Of a stretch of DNA of 32,055 nucleotides, positions 10,883 through 19,396 are shown piece after piece (the first letter of the stretch is position 1; the number at the start of each line of letters is the position of its first letter). The notes below the pieces were generated by a model that saw only the letters and a program-made list of their open reading frames with translations, did no database searches and was not told where the DNA came from. The DNA is from Elusimicrobiales bacterium (GTDB lineage Bacteria > Elusimicrobiota > Elusimicrobia > Elusimicrobiales > UBA9959). The position numbers and the translations under genes were made by a program. Location of the stretch: NCBI GenBank assembly GCA_049972095.1, contig JBMFKQ010000018.1, positions 1-32,055 of the forward strand. Reading direction: 5' to 3'.

Positions 10883-11661
10883 TGAAGGGGTTTGAGAACT
10901 ATTTTGTAGCAATAGTTGATATATTGATAGTTTACTATATAGTCTATCGTATGCTTCTTATCATCAAGGGGACAAAAGCAGTTCAAATAGTAGGTGGTGT
11001 TTTCCTTCTTATTATAATAACTTTTTTAAGTAATGTTGCAAATCTCAAAGCTACATTCTGGCTTTTACAACAGTTTTGGCTTGCTGGTGTTTTTATGCTT
11101 ATTGTTGTGTTTCAGCCTGAGATAAGATATGCTCTTGCAAACATAGGTTCAAATCCTTTTGGTAGAGTAATAGTACCAATAGAGTATAGGTTTATATATG
11201 AGATTATAAAGGCTATTAAGACAGCGGTATCCAAAAGGATGGGAATGCTAATAGTTCTTGAGCAGGATATAGGGCTTGGTGATTATATAAGAACAGGTAC
11301 TTACATAAATGGTGAGGTTTCTAGTGAGCTTCTTCTTTCTATCTTCAATAAAAAATCCCCTCTTCATGACGGAGCTGTAATAATATCATCAACAAGACTG
11401 ATTTCAGCAGCTTGCCAACTTCCGCTAACTGAGAGAAGAGATCTTGCTTCATCATTTGGAATGAGACATAGAGCTGCTGTTGGAATAACAGAGGTTAGTG
11501 ATGCAATTGCGGTAGTGGTTTCAGAGGAGAGAGGTGATGTATCGGTGGCAAGAAATGGAAATATTATGGTTGGTGTGGATTGTGATAATCTTGAGAGGGA
11601 TTTGATTTCGCTTTATCGTTCAAAGCTTCAAAAAAGTTTATTCAGAAAAAGTAAAAGGTGA
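10882..11661 (+). CDS. cdaA: Membrane diadenylate cyclase (c-di-AMP synthase) CdaA/DacA
   Basis: Three N-terminal TM helices, VVFQPEIR, catalytic SPLHDGA and GMRHRAAVG, VVVSEERG. Confidence 0.95.
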   Translation: MKGFENYFVAIVDILIVYYIVYRMLLIIKGTKAVQIVGGVFLLIIITFLSNVANLKATFWLLQQFWLAGVFMLIVVFQPEIRYALANIGSNPFGRVIVPIEYRFIYEIIKAIKTAVSKRMGMLIVLEQDIGLGDYIRTGTYINGEVSSELLLSIFNKKSPLHDGAVIISSTRLISAACQLPLTERRDLASSFGMRHRAAVGITEVSDAIAVVVSEERGDVSVARNGNIMVGVDCDNLERDLISLYRSKLQKSLFRKSKR

Positions 11662-11663
11662 GT

Positions 11664-11750
11664 ATGAAAAAGTATCTCCTTGAAAACTGGCAGATTAAGC
11701 TTATATCACTTATAATTGCAATTATAATCTGGTATTTTTCAAGAAAATGA
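11664..11750 (+). CDS. 28-aa CdaR(YbbR)-like transmembrane microprotein (not in the ORF track)
   Basis: MKKYLLENWQIKLISLIIAIIIWYFSRK*. Starts 2 nt after the cdaA stop with AAGGTG upstream, and its TGA overlaps the next ATG (ATGA). It matches the N-terminal N-W-x-x-K-L-x-S-L-x-x-A-x-x-x-W anchor pattern of CdaR. Confidence 0.7.
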   Translation: MKKYLLENWQIKLISLIIAIIIWYFSRK

Positions 11751-12382
11751 GAAAAATTTTTTTAATATCTTTGTTAGGGTATCTTTTACTTATATATAAA
11801 CCTTCTATTATTAGTTCAAAATCTATTTTGTGTAGCGAAATGCTTGAATTGAAAACAAACTCAGATATTAACTCATCTCTTTGTCTTAAACTAAATAATA
11901 TGATTGATAAAATTAAACCTCAAAAAAAAATAACCATTCTTCATCTTTCCAATTTTTTTTATTTTCTTTTATCTTTCGGTTCGAATAAAGATGTTTATCT
12001 TAATCTTCTAAATGGTAATGTGCTTGTTAAAGCTTCTTTTAGGCTTGAGGATTTTGATTTTAGAAAAGAGCTTTTTGAAAAACTTTACTCATCAAAAATC
12101 TTATCAGAATTGACACTTTTTTCATATCTATCCATTGCTAAATGGAAGATAAAAGGTTATGCTGGATATATTAGTCTTGAGCCTGATAGATTTGTTGAAG
12201 AGGATATATGTTATGATGATAAAAAAAATGAGAAAGGGTATTTAGACTTTGAAAATAAAGTGGTTGTTTCTTATCTTGTTGAGAAAAAAGGATATTCTCA
12301 ACAAGATATTCTTCGTGAGAATTTATCATATAGATTTTATCTTGATGAGGTGAAAAGTTATTACTGCAAAGATAGTTGGTGA
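11747..12382 (+). CDS. Hypothetical exported or membrane-anchored protein, possibly a degenerate zincin-like fold
   Basis: 211 aa with a hydrophobic N-terminus. KILSELTL...WKIKGYAGYIS resembles HExxH...W..EGYA.Y but lacks the metal ligands. Confidence 0.6.
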   Translation: MRKIFLISLLGYLLLIYKPSIISSKSILCSEMLELKTNSDINSSLCLKLNNMIDKIKPQKKITILHLSNFFYFLLSFGSNKDVYLNLLNGNVLVKASFRLEDFDFRKELFEKLYSSKILSELTLFSYLSIAKWKIKGYAGYISLEPDRFVEEDICYDDKKNEKGYLDFENKVVVSYLVEKKGYSQQDILRENLSYRFYLDEVKSYYCKDSW

Positions 12383-12398
12383 TTTTTTGGGAGGAGAG

Positions 12399-13592
12399 AT
12401 GAAGGATGTATATATTGAAAGATATGCAGAGGTAATGAGCTGGGCTCAAAGATACACAAACCCTAACCTAAAAAAAGGGGATGTTGTTCTTCTGAGATTT
12501 GATATTGAGGCTCTAAAACTTGCTGAGACTATTCATCGTCTGCTTATAAAGGAGGGTTTCAATGTTATACCAAGGATGATGATGAGTTATGTTATGGAGA
12601 GAGATTTTTATACCTATGCCTCTAAAGAACAGCTTACATTTATAGCTCCAGGAGAAAAGGTTTTTTATGAAAATCTTAATTCCCACATATACATACATGC
12701 CCCCTCCTCATTGACTCATCTTAAAGAAACGGACCCATCAAAGCAAGCTGAGTTTTCAAAAGCAAGGAAGTTTTTAAGGGATATAATGCAGAAAAGAAAG
12801 GCAAAAAAGCTTTTTGGCTGGACACTATGCACATATCCTACCAAGGAGCTTGCAAAACAAGCGGCTTTAAGTTTTGAATCTTACACATCACAGATAATAA
12901 AAGCATGCTTTCTTGATGAAAAAGACCCTGTTAGGAGATGGAAGGAAGTTTTTAAGAATATAGATGAGATAAAAAAGTGGCTTAATTCACTCAAGATAGA
13001 TGAGATGAGAATAGAATCTGATAATATAGATCTAAAGATTAGAATAGGTGAGAGAAGAAAATTTCTTGGAGGAAGTGGTCACAACATCCCATCTTTTGAG
13101 ATCTTTACATCACCTGATGCAAGATATACCGAGGGTGTGTATTATGCAAATCTTAAAACATTTAGAGGAGGAAATTATATAGAAAAAATAAGACTTGAGT
13201 TTAAAAATGGTGTTGCTGTTAAAATATCCAGTGAGAAGGGTGAGGATTATCTGGTTAAGATAATGAATACTGATGAAGGGGCAAAAAGGGTCGGCGAGAT
13301 ATCGCTTACTGATGTGAGGTTTTCAAGGATAGACAAATTTATGGCTGATATACTTTTTGATGAAAACTATGGTGGAAGATATGGAAACTGTCATATAGCT
13401 GTAGGCTCTGCCTACATAGATACATATGATGGTAATTCCTTAAGACTTACACCACAGCACAAAGAGGAACTTGGCTACAATGACTCTGCCATACACTGGG
13501 ATTTGATAAATACAGAGAGGAAAAGGGTTAGTGCAAAGCTTAAAAATGGTAGTTCTGTTGTTATATATGAAGATGGTAGGTTTAGATTCTAA
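12399..13592 (+). CDS. M29 family (thermophilic metalloprotease / AmpS-like) aminopeptidase
   Basis: HNIPSFEIFTSP, DEGAKRVGEISL, ILFDENYGG...HIAVGSAY and NDSAIHWDLI. GGAGGA RBS before the ATG at 12399. Confidence 0.9.
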   Translation: MKDVYIERYAEVMSWAQRYTNPNLKKGDVVLLRFDIEALKLAETIHRLLIKEGFNVIPRMMMSYVMERDFYTYASKEQLTFIAPGEKVFYENLNSHIYIHAPSSLTHLKETDPSKQAEFSKARKFLRDIMQKRKAKKLFGWTLCTYPTKELAKQAALSFESYTSQIIKACFLDEKDPVRRWKEVFKNIDEIKKWLNSLKIDEMRIESDNIDLKIRIGERRKFLGGSGHNIPSFEIFTSPDARYTEGVYYANLKTFRGGNYIEKIRLEFKNGVAVKISSEKGEDYLVKIMNTDEGAKRVGEISLTDVRFSRIDKFMADILFDENYGGRYGNCHIAVGSAYIDTYDGNSLRLTPQHKEELGYNDSAIHWDLINTERKRVSAKLKNGSSVVIYEDGRFRF

Positions 13593-13595
13593 TGG

Positions 13596-14807
13596 ATGAA
13601 AGAAATATTCCTTTCTGAAAGAAATACTTTTTTTTCATCATTTGCAGCAGCGCTTTCAGCCTTTTTTTGCTTTGTTTCATATGAGCTTTTCAGATCTTCA
13701 AGTGAATCGGTATTCCTTTCACTTTACTCTGCAACTGATAAGATATATGCTCTTGCATATGTTCCTCTATTTCTTATTTTTGCAATACTTTTATATTCAT
13801 ACCTTCTAAACAAATATGGACCTCATCTAACTTCACTCCTTTGTTTTGTTTTATCTGCATTTGCTATGTTCATTTTTTATATTGGATGCAAGAGGGGAAT
13901 TAGTTTTTTTGTATTCAGTGTTCTTGTTTTTAAAGAGGCATATATAGTAATACTTTCCGAGCTTTACTGGTCGTATATAAATAGTATATTAACCTTGAAA
14001 CAGGCAAGGCTTTTAAACGGATATATTGCAGGCTTTGGTGCTAGTGGCTCAATTGTTGGGGGTTATCTTGTTTTCAAACTTGCCTATTTTTTTTCAGGTG
14101 AATTTCTTTTTATTTTGTCTGCCATATCACTTTCTATTGCTGCTTTTGTTATGCACATCGCTTATAGAATAAAAAAGCCATCCTTTTCTTCAGCTACTTC
14201 TCTTATATCATCTGTTAACACTATAAGAAAAAATGGTGTGCTTAAGATCCTTTTTTGGAGTGTTTTTATATCACAGGTTATATCAACATTCGCTGATCTG
14301 AACTTTACAGAGCATCTTAAAAGTGAGATTACATTTAAAGATTCAAGAACTGCTTACCTTGGACTTTTCTGGACATATGTTAATATCTTTTCATTCACAT
14401 TTCAGTTTCTTCTAACTCCGATTCTTCTTAAAAACATCTCACCAACTTTAATCCTGGTTTTTGTTCCTTGCATTCACATACTCACATCATCCTATGCATT
14501 TATCTTACCATCTCTTTTTTCGGCATCAATTGTGTTTCTTCTATTTAAATCTATTGATTATTCACTGTATAGAGCTTCAAAAGAAACACTTTACATACCG
14601 TTTTGTGATGATGTGAGATTTAAAGCAAAACAGATAATAGATGCATTTAACTACCGTTTTGCAAAGGGTTTTGTATCTTTTTTACTTTCATTTATTTCAT
14701 ACAGAGGTCTAAATATTTTTCCTTTTCTTACACCCTCAGTGGTAATCCTTTCATCTATCTGGGCGTTTATGATGAACAGGATAAGAAATTTAGTATTTGG
14801 CAGATAA
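13596..14807 (+). CDS. MFS transporter of the NTT/TLC (Npt1/Npt2 ATP/ADP translocase-like) family
   Basis: About 12 hydrophobic helices. YWSYINSI...QARLLNGYIAGFGASGSIVGG and DYSLYRASKETLYIP...RFKAKQIID..YRFAK are typical of this family. Confidence 0.75.
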   Translation: MKEIFLSERNTFFSSFAAALSAFFCFVSYELFRSSSESVFLSLYSATDKIYALAYVPLFLIFAILLYSYLLNKYGPHLTSLLCFVLSAFAMFIFYIGCKRGISFFVFSVLVFKEAYIVILSELYWSYINSILTLKQARLLNGYIAGFGASGSIVGGYLVFKLAYFFSGEFLFILSAISLSIAAFVMHIAYRIKKPSFSSATSLISSVNTIRKNGVLKILFWSVFISQVISTFADLNFTEHLKSEITFKDSRTAYLGLFWTYVNIFSFTFQFLLTPILLKNISPTLILVFVPCIHILTSSYAFILPSLFSASIVFLLFKSIDYSLYRASKETLYIPFCDDVRFKAKQIIDAFNYRFAKGFVSFLLSFISYRGLNIFPFLTPSVVILSSIWAFMMNRIRNLVFGR

Positions 14808-15737
14808 GGAGAATCTGTTTACATTGCCGAGATACCCCATATTTGAGAAAGAATAGTCAAAATGGAACTGCCAGTATTTTATACCAAATCCAAAACTGAA
14901 AGGTGAGTATCCTTCAATCTCACTTAAATTTTTGGTTGTAACACCTGATCTGATATAGATGTAGTTTCTCTTTGTTATTTTAAAAGCCAATTCAAACCCA
15001 CATGATATAAATGTTATAGTGTCTTGTGGAGCAACTATATCTGTGTTTATTTTAAAGTTTTTTGAAATAATAACAGTGCTTGCTATTCTCAAGGTTTTTG
15101 CAAGAGAGAATGATTCTTTATCAAATTTCATACTTCCCAGAAGGTTCTGAAATGAAAGTGAGGCCACAAACCTATCATCAAAAAGATATGGAAATATAAA
15201 TCCTATATCACTTGAAAGTGTAGTTGCTGTATTGTCAAGTTTATTTAATATTAGTTTTCCAAGTCCTCCAAAGACTATCCTTTGTGTTTTTGCCTTTGTA
15301 ATTCCTGTAAGATAGCTTGCAAATCCAGCCTCTATCACCATTTCATATGGTGAGTAACTGCCAAGCGATGAAGCAAGTTCATCTGTTTTTTCTATGCTAC
15401 CCCAGTCGAGTTTTTTAAATCCAAAACCGAATGTCCCTGTATTTTTTCCAAGGTTTTTTGCAAAGAAAAATGAGTTCATTGATATATCCTCAAAGTAAGA
15501 TGTTTTTGATGCAAAGATAGATAATTTTTTCACATTGATTAAAACCGCAGGGTTTATATCCATCATAGCTGGATTTTCCCAATCACAACCACATGCCTCT
15601 GCCATCGCAGAGCATCTTGGATCTGGATTTATCTTTAATATGTTTGATGAATATGTTCCATATGTGTTTTTTGTAAAGTAAGGATAGAGGTTTTGAGATG
15701 CTATGATCAATATAATGGTTGATATGCTCTTTCTCAT
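14790..15737 (-). CDS. PorV/PorQ-family (UPF0164-like) outer-membrane beta-barrel
   Basis: Signal peptide. N-terminal LKINPDPRCSAMAEA...INPAVL resembles FLKI...ARA.AMGEA...NPAGL. Amphipathic strands and a C-terminal FDYSF..MGYLGNVNRFSLSAKY with a terminal aromatic residue. Confidence 0.8.
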   Translation of the reverse strand: MRKSISTIILIIASQNLYPYFTKNTYGTYSSNILKINPDPRCSAMAEACGCDWENPAMMDINPAVLINVKKLSIFASKTSYFEDISMNSFFFAKNLGKNTGTFGFGFKKLDWGSIEKTDELASSLGSYSPYEMVIEAGFASYLTGITKAKTQRIVFGGLGKLILNKLDNTATTLSSDIGFIFPYLFDDRFVASLSFQNLLGSMKFDKESFSLAKTLRIASTVIISKNFKINTDIVAPQDTITFISCGFELAFKITKRNYIYIRSGVTTKNLSEIEGYSPFSFGFGIKYWQFHFDYSFSNMGYLGNVNRFSLSAKY

Positions 15738-18700
15738 TTTTCAATTCCAATCTTTTTTATGATACTCTTGCCACTTTTTGACTTTATCACAGCTATATAA
15801 ACACCCGAAGCAACCTCTTTACCATCAGAATTTCTTGCATCCCACTGAACCATACCACCACTCAAAACAACAAGCTTTTTTATCATCTCACCATTTATTG
15901 AGTGGATGTATATCTCAGCACCTGGCTCTAAATTTGAGAAGGTTAGATACCCTGGGGTGGTGTTTGGTTTGTATGGGTTTGGATATATCTTAACATTATC
16001 TATAGATTGTGCAGGAATAAGCTCCATTATTGCAAATATTGAAAATCCATAGGTTTGAGCTGTTATATAGTTTGAAAACCTTGATGATTTCAAGGGTACC
16101 CACAGAGCTTTTTCCTCATCATATCTTGCGATTATAAGCTTTGATTGATCAATTGAAGGTGGAAGGGTGGAGAAAGGTATCTTAATTGTTATGGGGCTTA
16201 TAAATAAAACCTTTGGTATTATATATATCCTTGCGGCATAGTTTGTTGGATTCATATTTGCAGCGTTGGATAGAGGTGGGGGGATAGATGTTAAAGGTTC
16301 TATAAAAAGCCTTGTTGTGCTTCCAAGAGAATATGCAGGGATTATAACCTCTATTGAACCATATGAAAAGGGGATTGAAAGCAAAGAATTTTTTGTATGG
16401 TCTATAATCATCTCTGCACGGTATAGTGTTTCTATGCTTGAAAGATCAAGGTAGTTGGTCTCTTCGCCATTTATTCCTCTGGCTTTCACCCTCACATAAT
16501 AGTTTGTTCCAAAGTTAAGGTTTCCAAATACAAGAGTTGTATTGTATGTTTGTGCTGTACTAAATATGGTTGAAAAATTTGAATTTGTTGATAAATCAAC
16601 AATGTATAGAGTGTGTGTTGAGTTTGAGTTATTGTCCCATTGCACAGTAAATCCATCAAGAAACACATTAAAGTATGTAGGATTTTTAATTCCTGGTATT
16701 TCAGCTTTAGTTGTTGTTATAAATATTTCATATTCTGACGGTATAAAGCTAAAGTTTAATGCTGATACCCTAACGGTGTAGATTGTATTGCCGTTAAGAT
16801 TATAGAATGTTGCTGATTTTGAAAGTGTAAAGGAGGAAAACTCGGTTATAAAACCAGTGGATGATATCTCGGCAAGATAAATCGTGCCAGCATCATTCAA
16901 GTTATCATCCCAGCTAAGCACCACACTTCTTGTTGATGTTATATGGGTTAGATTGGTTATTTTATAAGCAAGTGTAGCGATTGGAGAAAATGTAACGGGT
17001 CCTGTTGGAATTGAATTTCTGTTAAATGCTCTAACTCTTTGATAGTATGTGGTATTTGGCTTTAAACCTTCAAAATAGGCATATGTATTATAAGTGTATG
17101 ATGATAGTATAATTAAAGGCTCTGTGAAATTTTTTGATGATATTTCAACAAGATAAATGGTATCAGAAGGGTTTGAGTTTGGATCAAAATTTATCTGCAT
17201 TGAATAGGTTGTAAGGTTTGAAAGTGACTTTTCTATAGGGAGGTTTGCAAGTGTGGATGTCTGCGCTATGTTGGTGTAATTTGGCTCACCTGATGAATTT
17301 ATGCTTCCAACCCGAAAATGGTAGCTTGTGTTTGGAAGTAAATCTGTTATATCAAGATTTGTTAATGATGGATAAACTGTATATGAGAATTTTTTAGGAG
17401 AAAAGAGTGTATTTGTTGATGCTTCAAAGTAATATCCTTTTGTATTTGATATGGCATTCCACTGTGCTGATGCACTTGTTATATATATCTTAAAATCTGT
17501 TATGGTTGGAGGCTCTGTAAGGGTTCTCACAGGATTAGCTATATAGAAATAGTTTGTGCTTCCACTAAATATTGCACCAACTCGTATGTAATAAAGAGTA
17601 TCAGTGTTGAGGGATGTTATGGTTAGTATGTTTTGACTTTTATCTAAGGTTGATGTAGATTTGGCTATAGATGGAAATCCCTCTTCTGTGCTTAGTTGAA
17701 TTTCATAACCGTCTGTATCACCAGTTGAATATCCAACAGTTATTACTGTGCTTGAGTAAGAAATGAGATAAGGATTAAGGGTTATATCTGGAAATGGTGT
17801 TTTGACAGAGGATATATCAGAATAACTCACTGCTCCTTTTCCATTAAAAGTCCCTATCCTTGTATAATAAACAACATTTGGCTTTAATCCCAAGACTATT
17901 AGCCAGTTTATCTCGTTTGAGCTGGTATATGACGAGTAAACAATACCACCATTAAATGGTGATGTTGAAACCTCAAATATATATCCATATGTTCCATATG
18001 GATTTTCGGGGGGTGGTCTTTTTTCATAATCAGCTCTTATATCATAGGGCCCAGGTGTATATCTTATTGTAGAAAGATGTAGGGGTGCTGAATATGTCAT
18101 AGTTGTGATGTATGAGGAGTAATTAGGCGTTTGCTGACTGTTCAAAGAGGCAACACGAAAATAGTATGTTGTGTTTGGAAGAAGAGAAAATAAAGATAAA
18201 GATGTCAGGGATGTATCTGTTGATGATGATAATACTGTTTCAAAATAAGGTGATGTGGATGCCTCAACAAGATAACCTTCAAGATGTGAGCTTGGGGTTA
18301 TGGCATCCCAACTGAAAGATGCGGATGTGGATGTTATTGATATTAGCTGAAAATTAGAAGGGATCGGTGAGAGTGTGTTGATAATGGTTGCTTGTGTATT
18401 TTTTATTCCTGATGAGTTAATCACTGAAAAATTTATGTTATAGAGGGTGTTTGTTGATAGATCTGTTATTATGTAGCTTGATGTGTTTGAGCTTAGGTTT
18501 ATATTTAATATTTCATTTTCATAACTATCCAATACAGTTATGTTATAGCCACTGCTTGAGTTTTCGTTGCTTTGATTAACAGGGCTCCAACTTAGCGATA
18601 CACTTGTGATATGGATGCCCATATTGAAGGAATCTGGTAGTTTTGCTACTGTTAGCGTCGATATTGGAGATGAAAAAGATGTTGTTCTTCCTTCTCTATC

Positions 18701-19270
18701 AAATGGTTTAATCCTAAAATAATATTGTGTGTTTGTAAGCAGATTTTCTATCTCAAAGGGAGGAATGCCTGTTATAAAGAATGTTGTGAGATTGATTAAA
18801 AAGTTTGAATCCGTAGATGTATCAATTTGATAAAGTGTATCCTCTGCATTAAGTGGATCAAAGGATAAAATAACCTTTGCATATGTTGAGAATAAGTAGA
18901 GGTTTTTTGTAATCGAGAGATTTAGTATAGGTGAGGTAAGGGTTACAGTTGAAAGTGTATTTTCCTGCAAATAGCTATCTTCAGTAGATATTTTAACTCT
19001 AAAATAGTATGATGTATTTCCTTTAAGCGATATAAATGTTATAGAGTTAGAGGTCAATATACCTGATGACTGTATTGAGTTAAAGGAGCTTGTTGATAGC
19101 TCAAATGAGTAGGAATTATCGCCAATGCTATCCCATGAGTATGTTATTGATGTGATGTATACTTGTTGTGAAGGATTAAGAGTTGTTGAGATGAGTTTTT
19201 CAGAGAAAATAAAAATGGATATAACACTTGTTAGTATAATCCTAATTACCCTATTATCCACTCTTTTCAT
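15734..19270 (-). CDS. Secreted surface protein: 10 fibronectin type III repeats, ZU5-like domain, T9SS type A / FlgD-Ig-like C-terminal domain
   Basis: Signal peptide and ten L-x-x-(N/D/G)-(T/V)-x-Y repeats (LKGNTSYYFRV ... LNFGTNYYVRV). Tail VKIYPNPYKP...IYIHSINGEMIKKL...WDARNSDGKEVASGVYIAVI...KKIGIEK. Confidence 0.88.
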   Translation of the reverse strand: MKRVDNRVIRIILTSVISIFIFSEKLISTTLNPSQQVYITSITYSWDSIGDNSYSFELSTSSFNSIQSSGILTSNSITFISLKGNTSYYFRVKISTEDSYLQENTLSTVTLTSPILNLSITKNLYLFSTYAKVILSFDPLNAEDTLYQIDTSTDSNFLINLTTFFITGIPPFEIENLLTNTQYYFRIKPFDREGRTTSFSSPISTLTVAKLPDSFNMGIHITSVSLSWSPVNQSNENSSSGYNITVLDSYENEILNINLSSNTSSYIITDLSTNTLYNINFSVINSSGIKNTQATIINTLSPIPSNFQLISITSTSASFSWDAITPSSHLEGYLVEASTSPYFETVLSSSTDTSLTSLSLFSLLPNTTYYFRVASLNSQQTPNYSSYITTMTYSAPLHLSTIRYTPGPYDIRADYEKRPPPENPYGTYGYIFEVSTSPFNGGIVYSSYTSSNEINWLIVLGLKPNVVYYTRIGTFNGKGAVSYSDISSVKTPFPDITLNPYLISYSSTVITVGYSTGDTDGYEIQLSTEEGFPSIAKSTSTLDKSQNILTITSLNTDTLYYIRVGAIFSGSTNYFYIANPVRTLTEPPTITDFKIYITSASAQWNAISNTKGYYFEASTNTLFSPKKFSYTVYPSLTNLDITDLLPNTSYHFRVGSINSSGEPNYTNIAQTSTLANLPIEKSLSNLTTYSMQINFDPNSNPSDTIYLVEISSKNFTEPLIILSSYTYNTYAYFEGLKPNTTYYQRVRAFNRNSIPTGPVTFSPIATLAYKITNLTHITSTRSVVLSWDDNLNDAGTIYLAEISSTGFITEFSSFTLSKSATFYNLNGNTIYTVRVSALNFSFIPSEYEIFITTTKAEIPGIKNPTYFNVFLDGFTVQWDNNSNSTHTLYIVDLSTNSNFSTIFSTAQTYNTTLVFGNLNFGTNYYVRVKARGINGEETNYLDLSSIETLYRAEMIIDHTKNSLLSIPFSYGSIEVIIPAYSLGSTTRLFIEPLTSIPPPLSNAANMNPTNYAARIYIIPKVLFISPITIKIPFSTLPPSIDQSKLIIARYDEEKALWVPLKSSRFSNYITAQTYGFSIFAIMELIPAQSIDNVKIYPNPYKPNTTPGYLTFSNLEPGAEIYIHSINGEMIKKLVVLSGGMVQWDARNSDGKEVASGVYIAVIKSKSGKSIIKKIGIEK

Positions 19271-19358
19271 TTACATAAATATTTTACTTAATTTTAAACC
19301 TTGACTTTTCTCTACTTATCTATAAAGATTAAGGTTTTATTATAGATCCATTAGTCCC

Positions 19359-19387
19359 TTGACAAGCACCATCTAAACCTATAACAT
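19359..19387 (+). promoter_or_regulatory. Putative sigma70 promoter for the TPR-kinase gene
   Basis: TTGACA (19359-19364), 17-nt spacer, TAACAT (19382-19387). ATG at 19397 with no SD sequence. Confidence 0.55.
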
Positions 19388-19396
19388 ATAAATAGT

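Noticed and set aside
11922..11960. A9 and T8 homopolymers as phase-variation tracts
   Set aside because: The frame is intact and such runs are common at this AT content.
11664..12382. A frameshifted full-length cdaR spanning both ORFs
   Set aside because: The 211-aa ORF has its own hydrophobic N-terminus and no recognisable YbbR repeat pattern.
16400..19200. FN3 repeats as DNA tandem repeats, CRISPR or DGR target
   Set aside because: The repeats are visible only at protein level and are highly diverged. I saw no identical direct repeats, spacers or reverse transcriptase.
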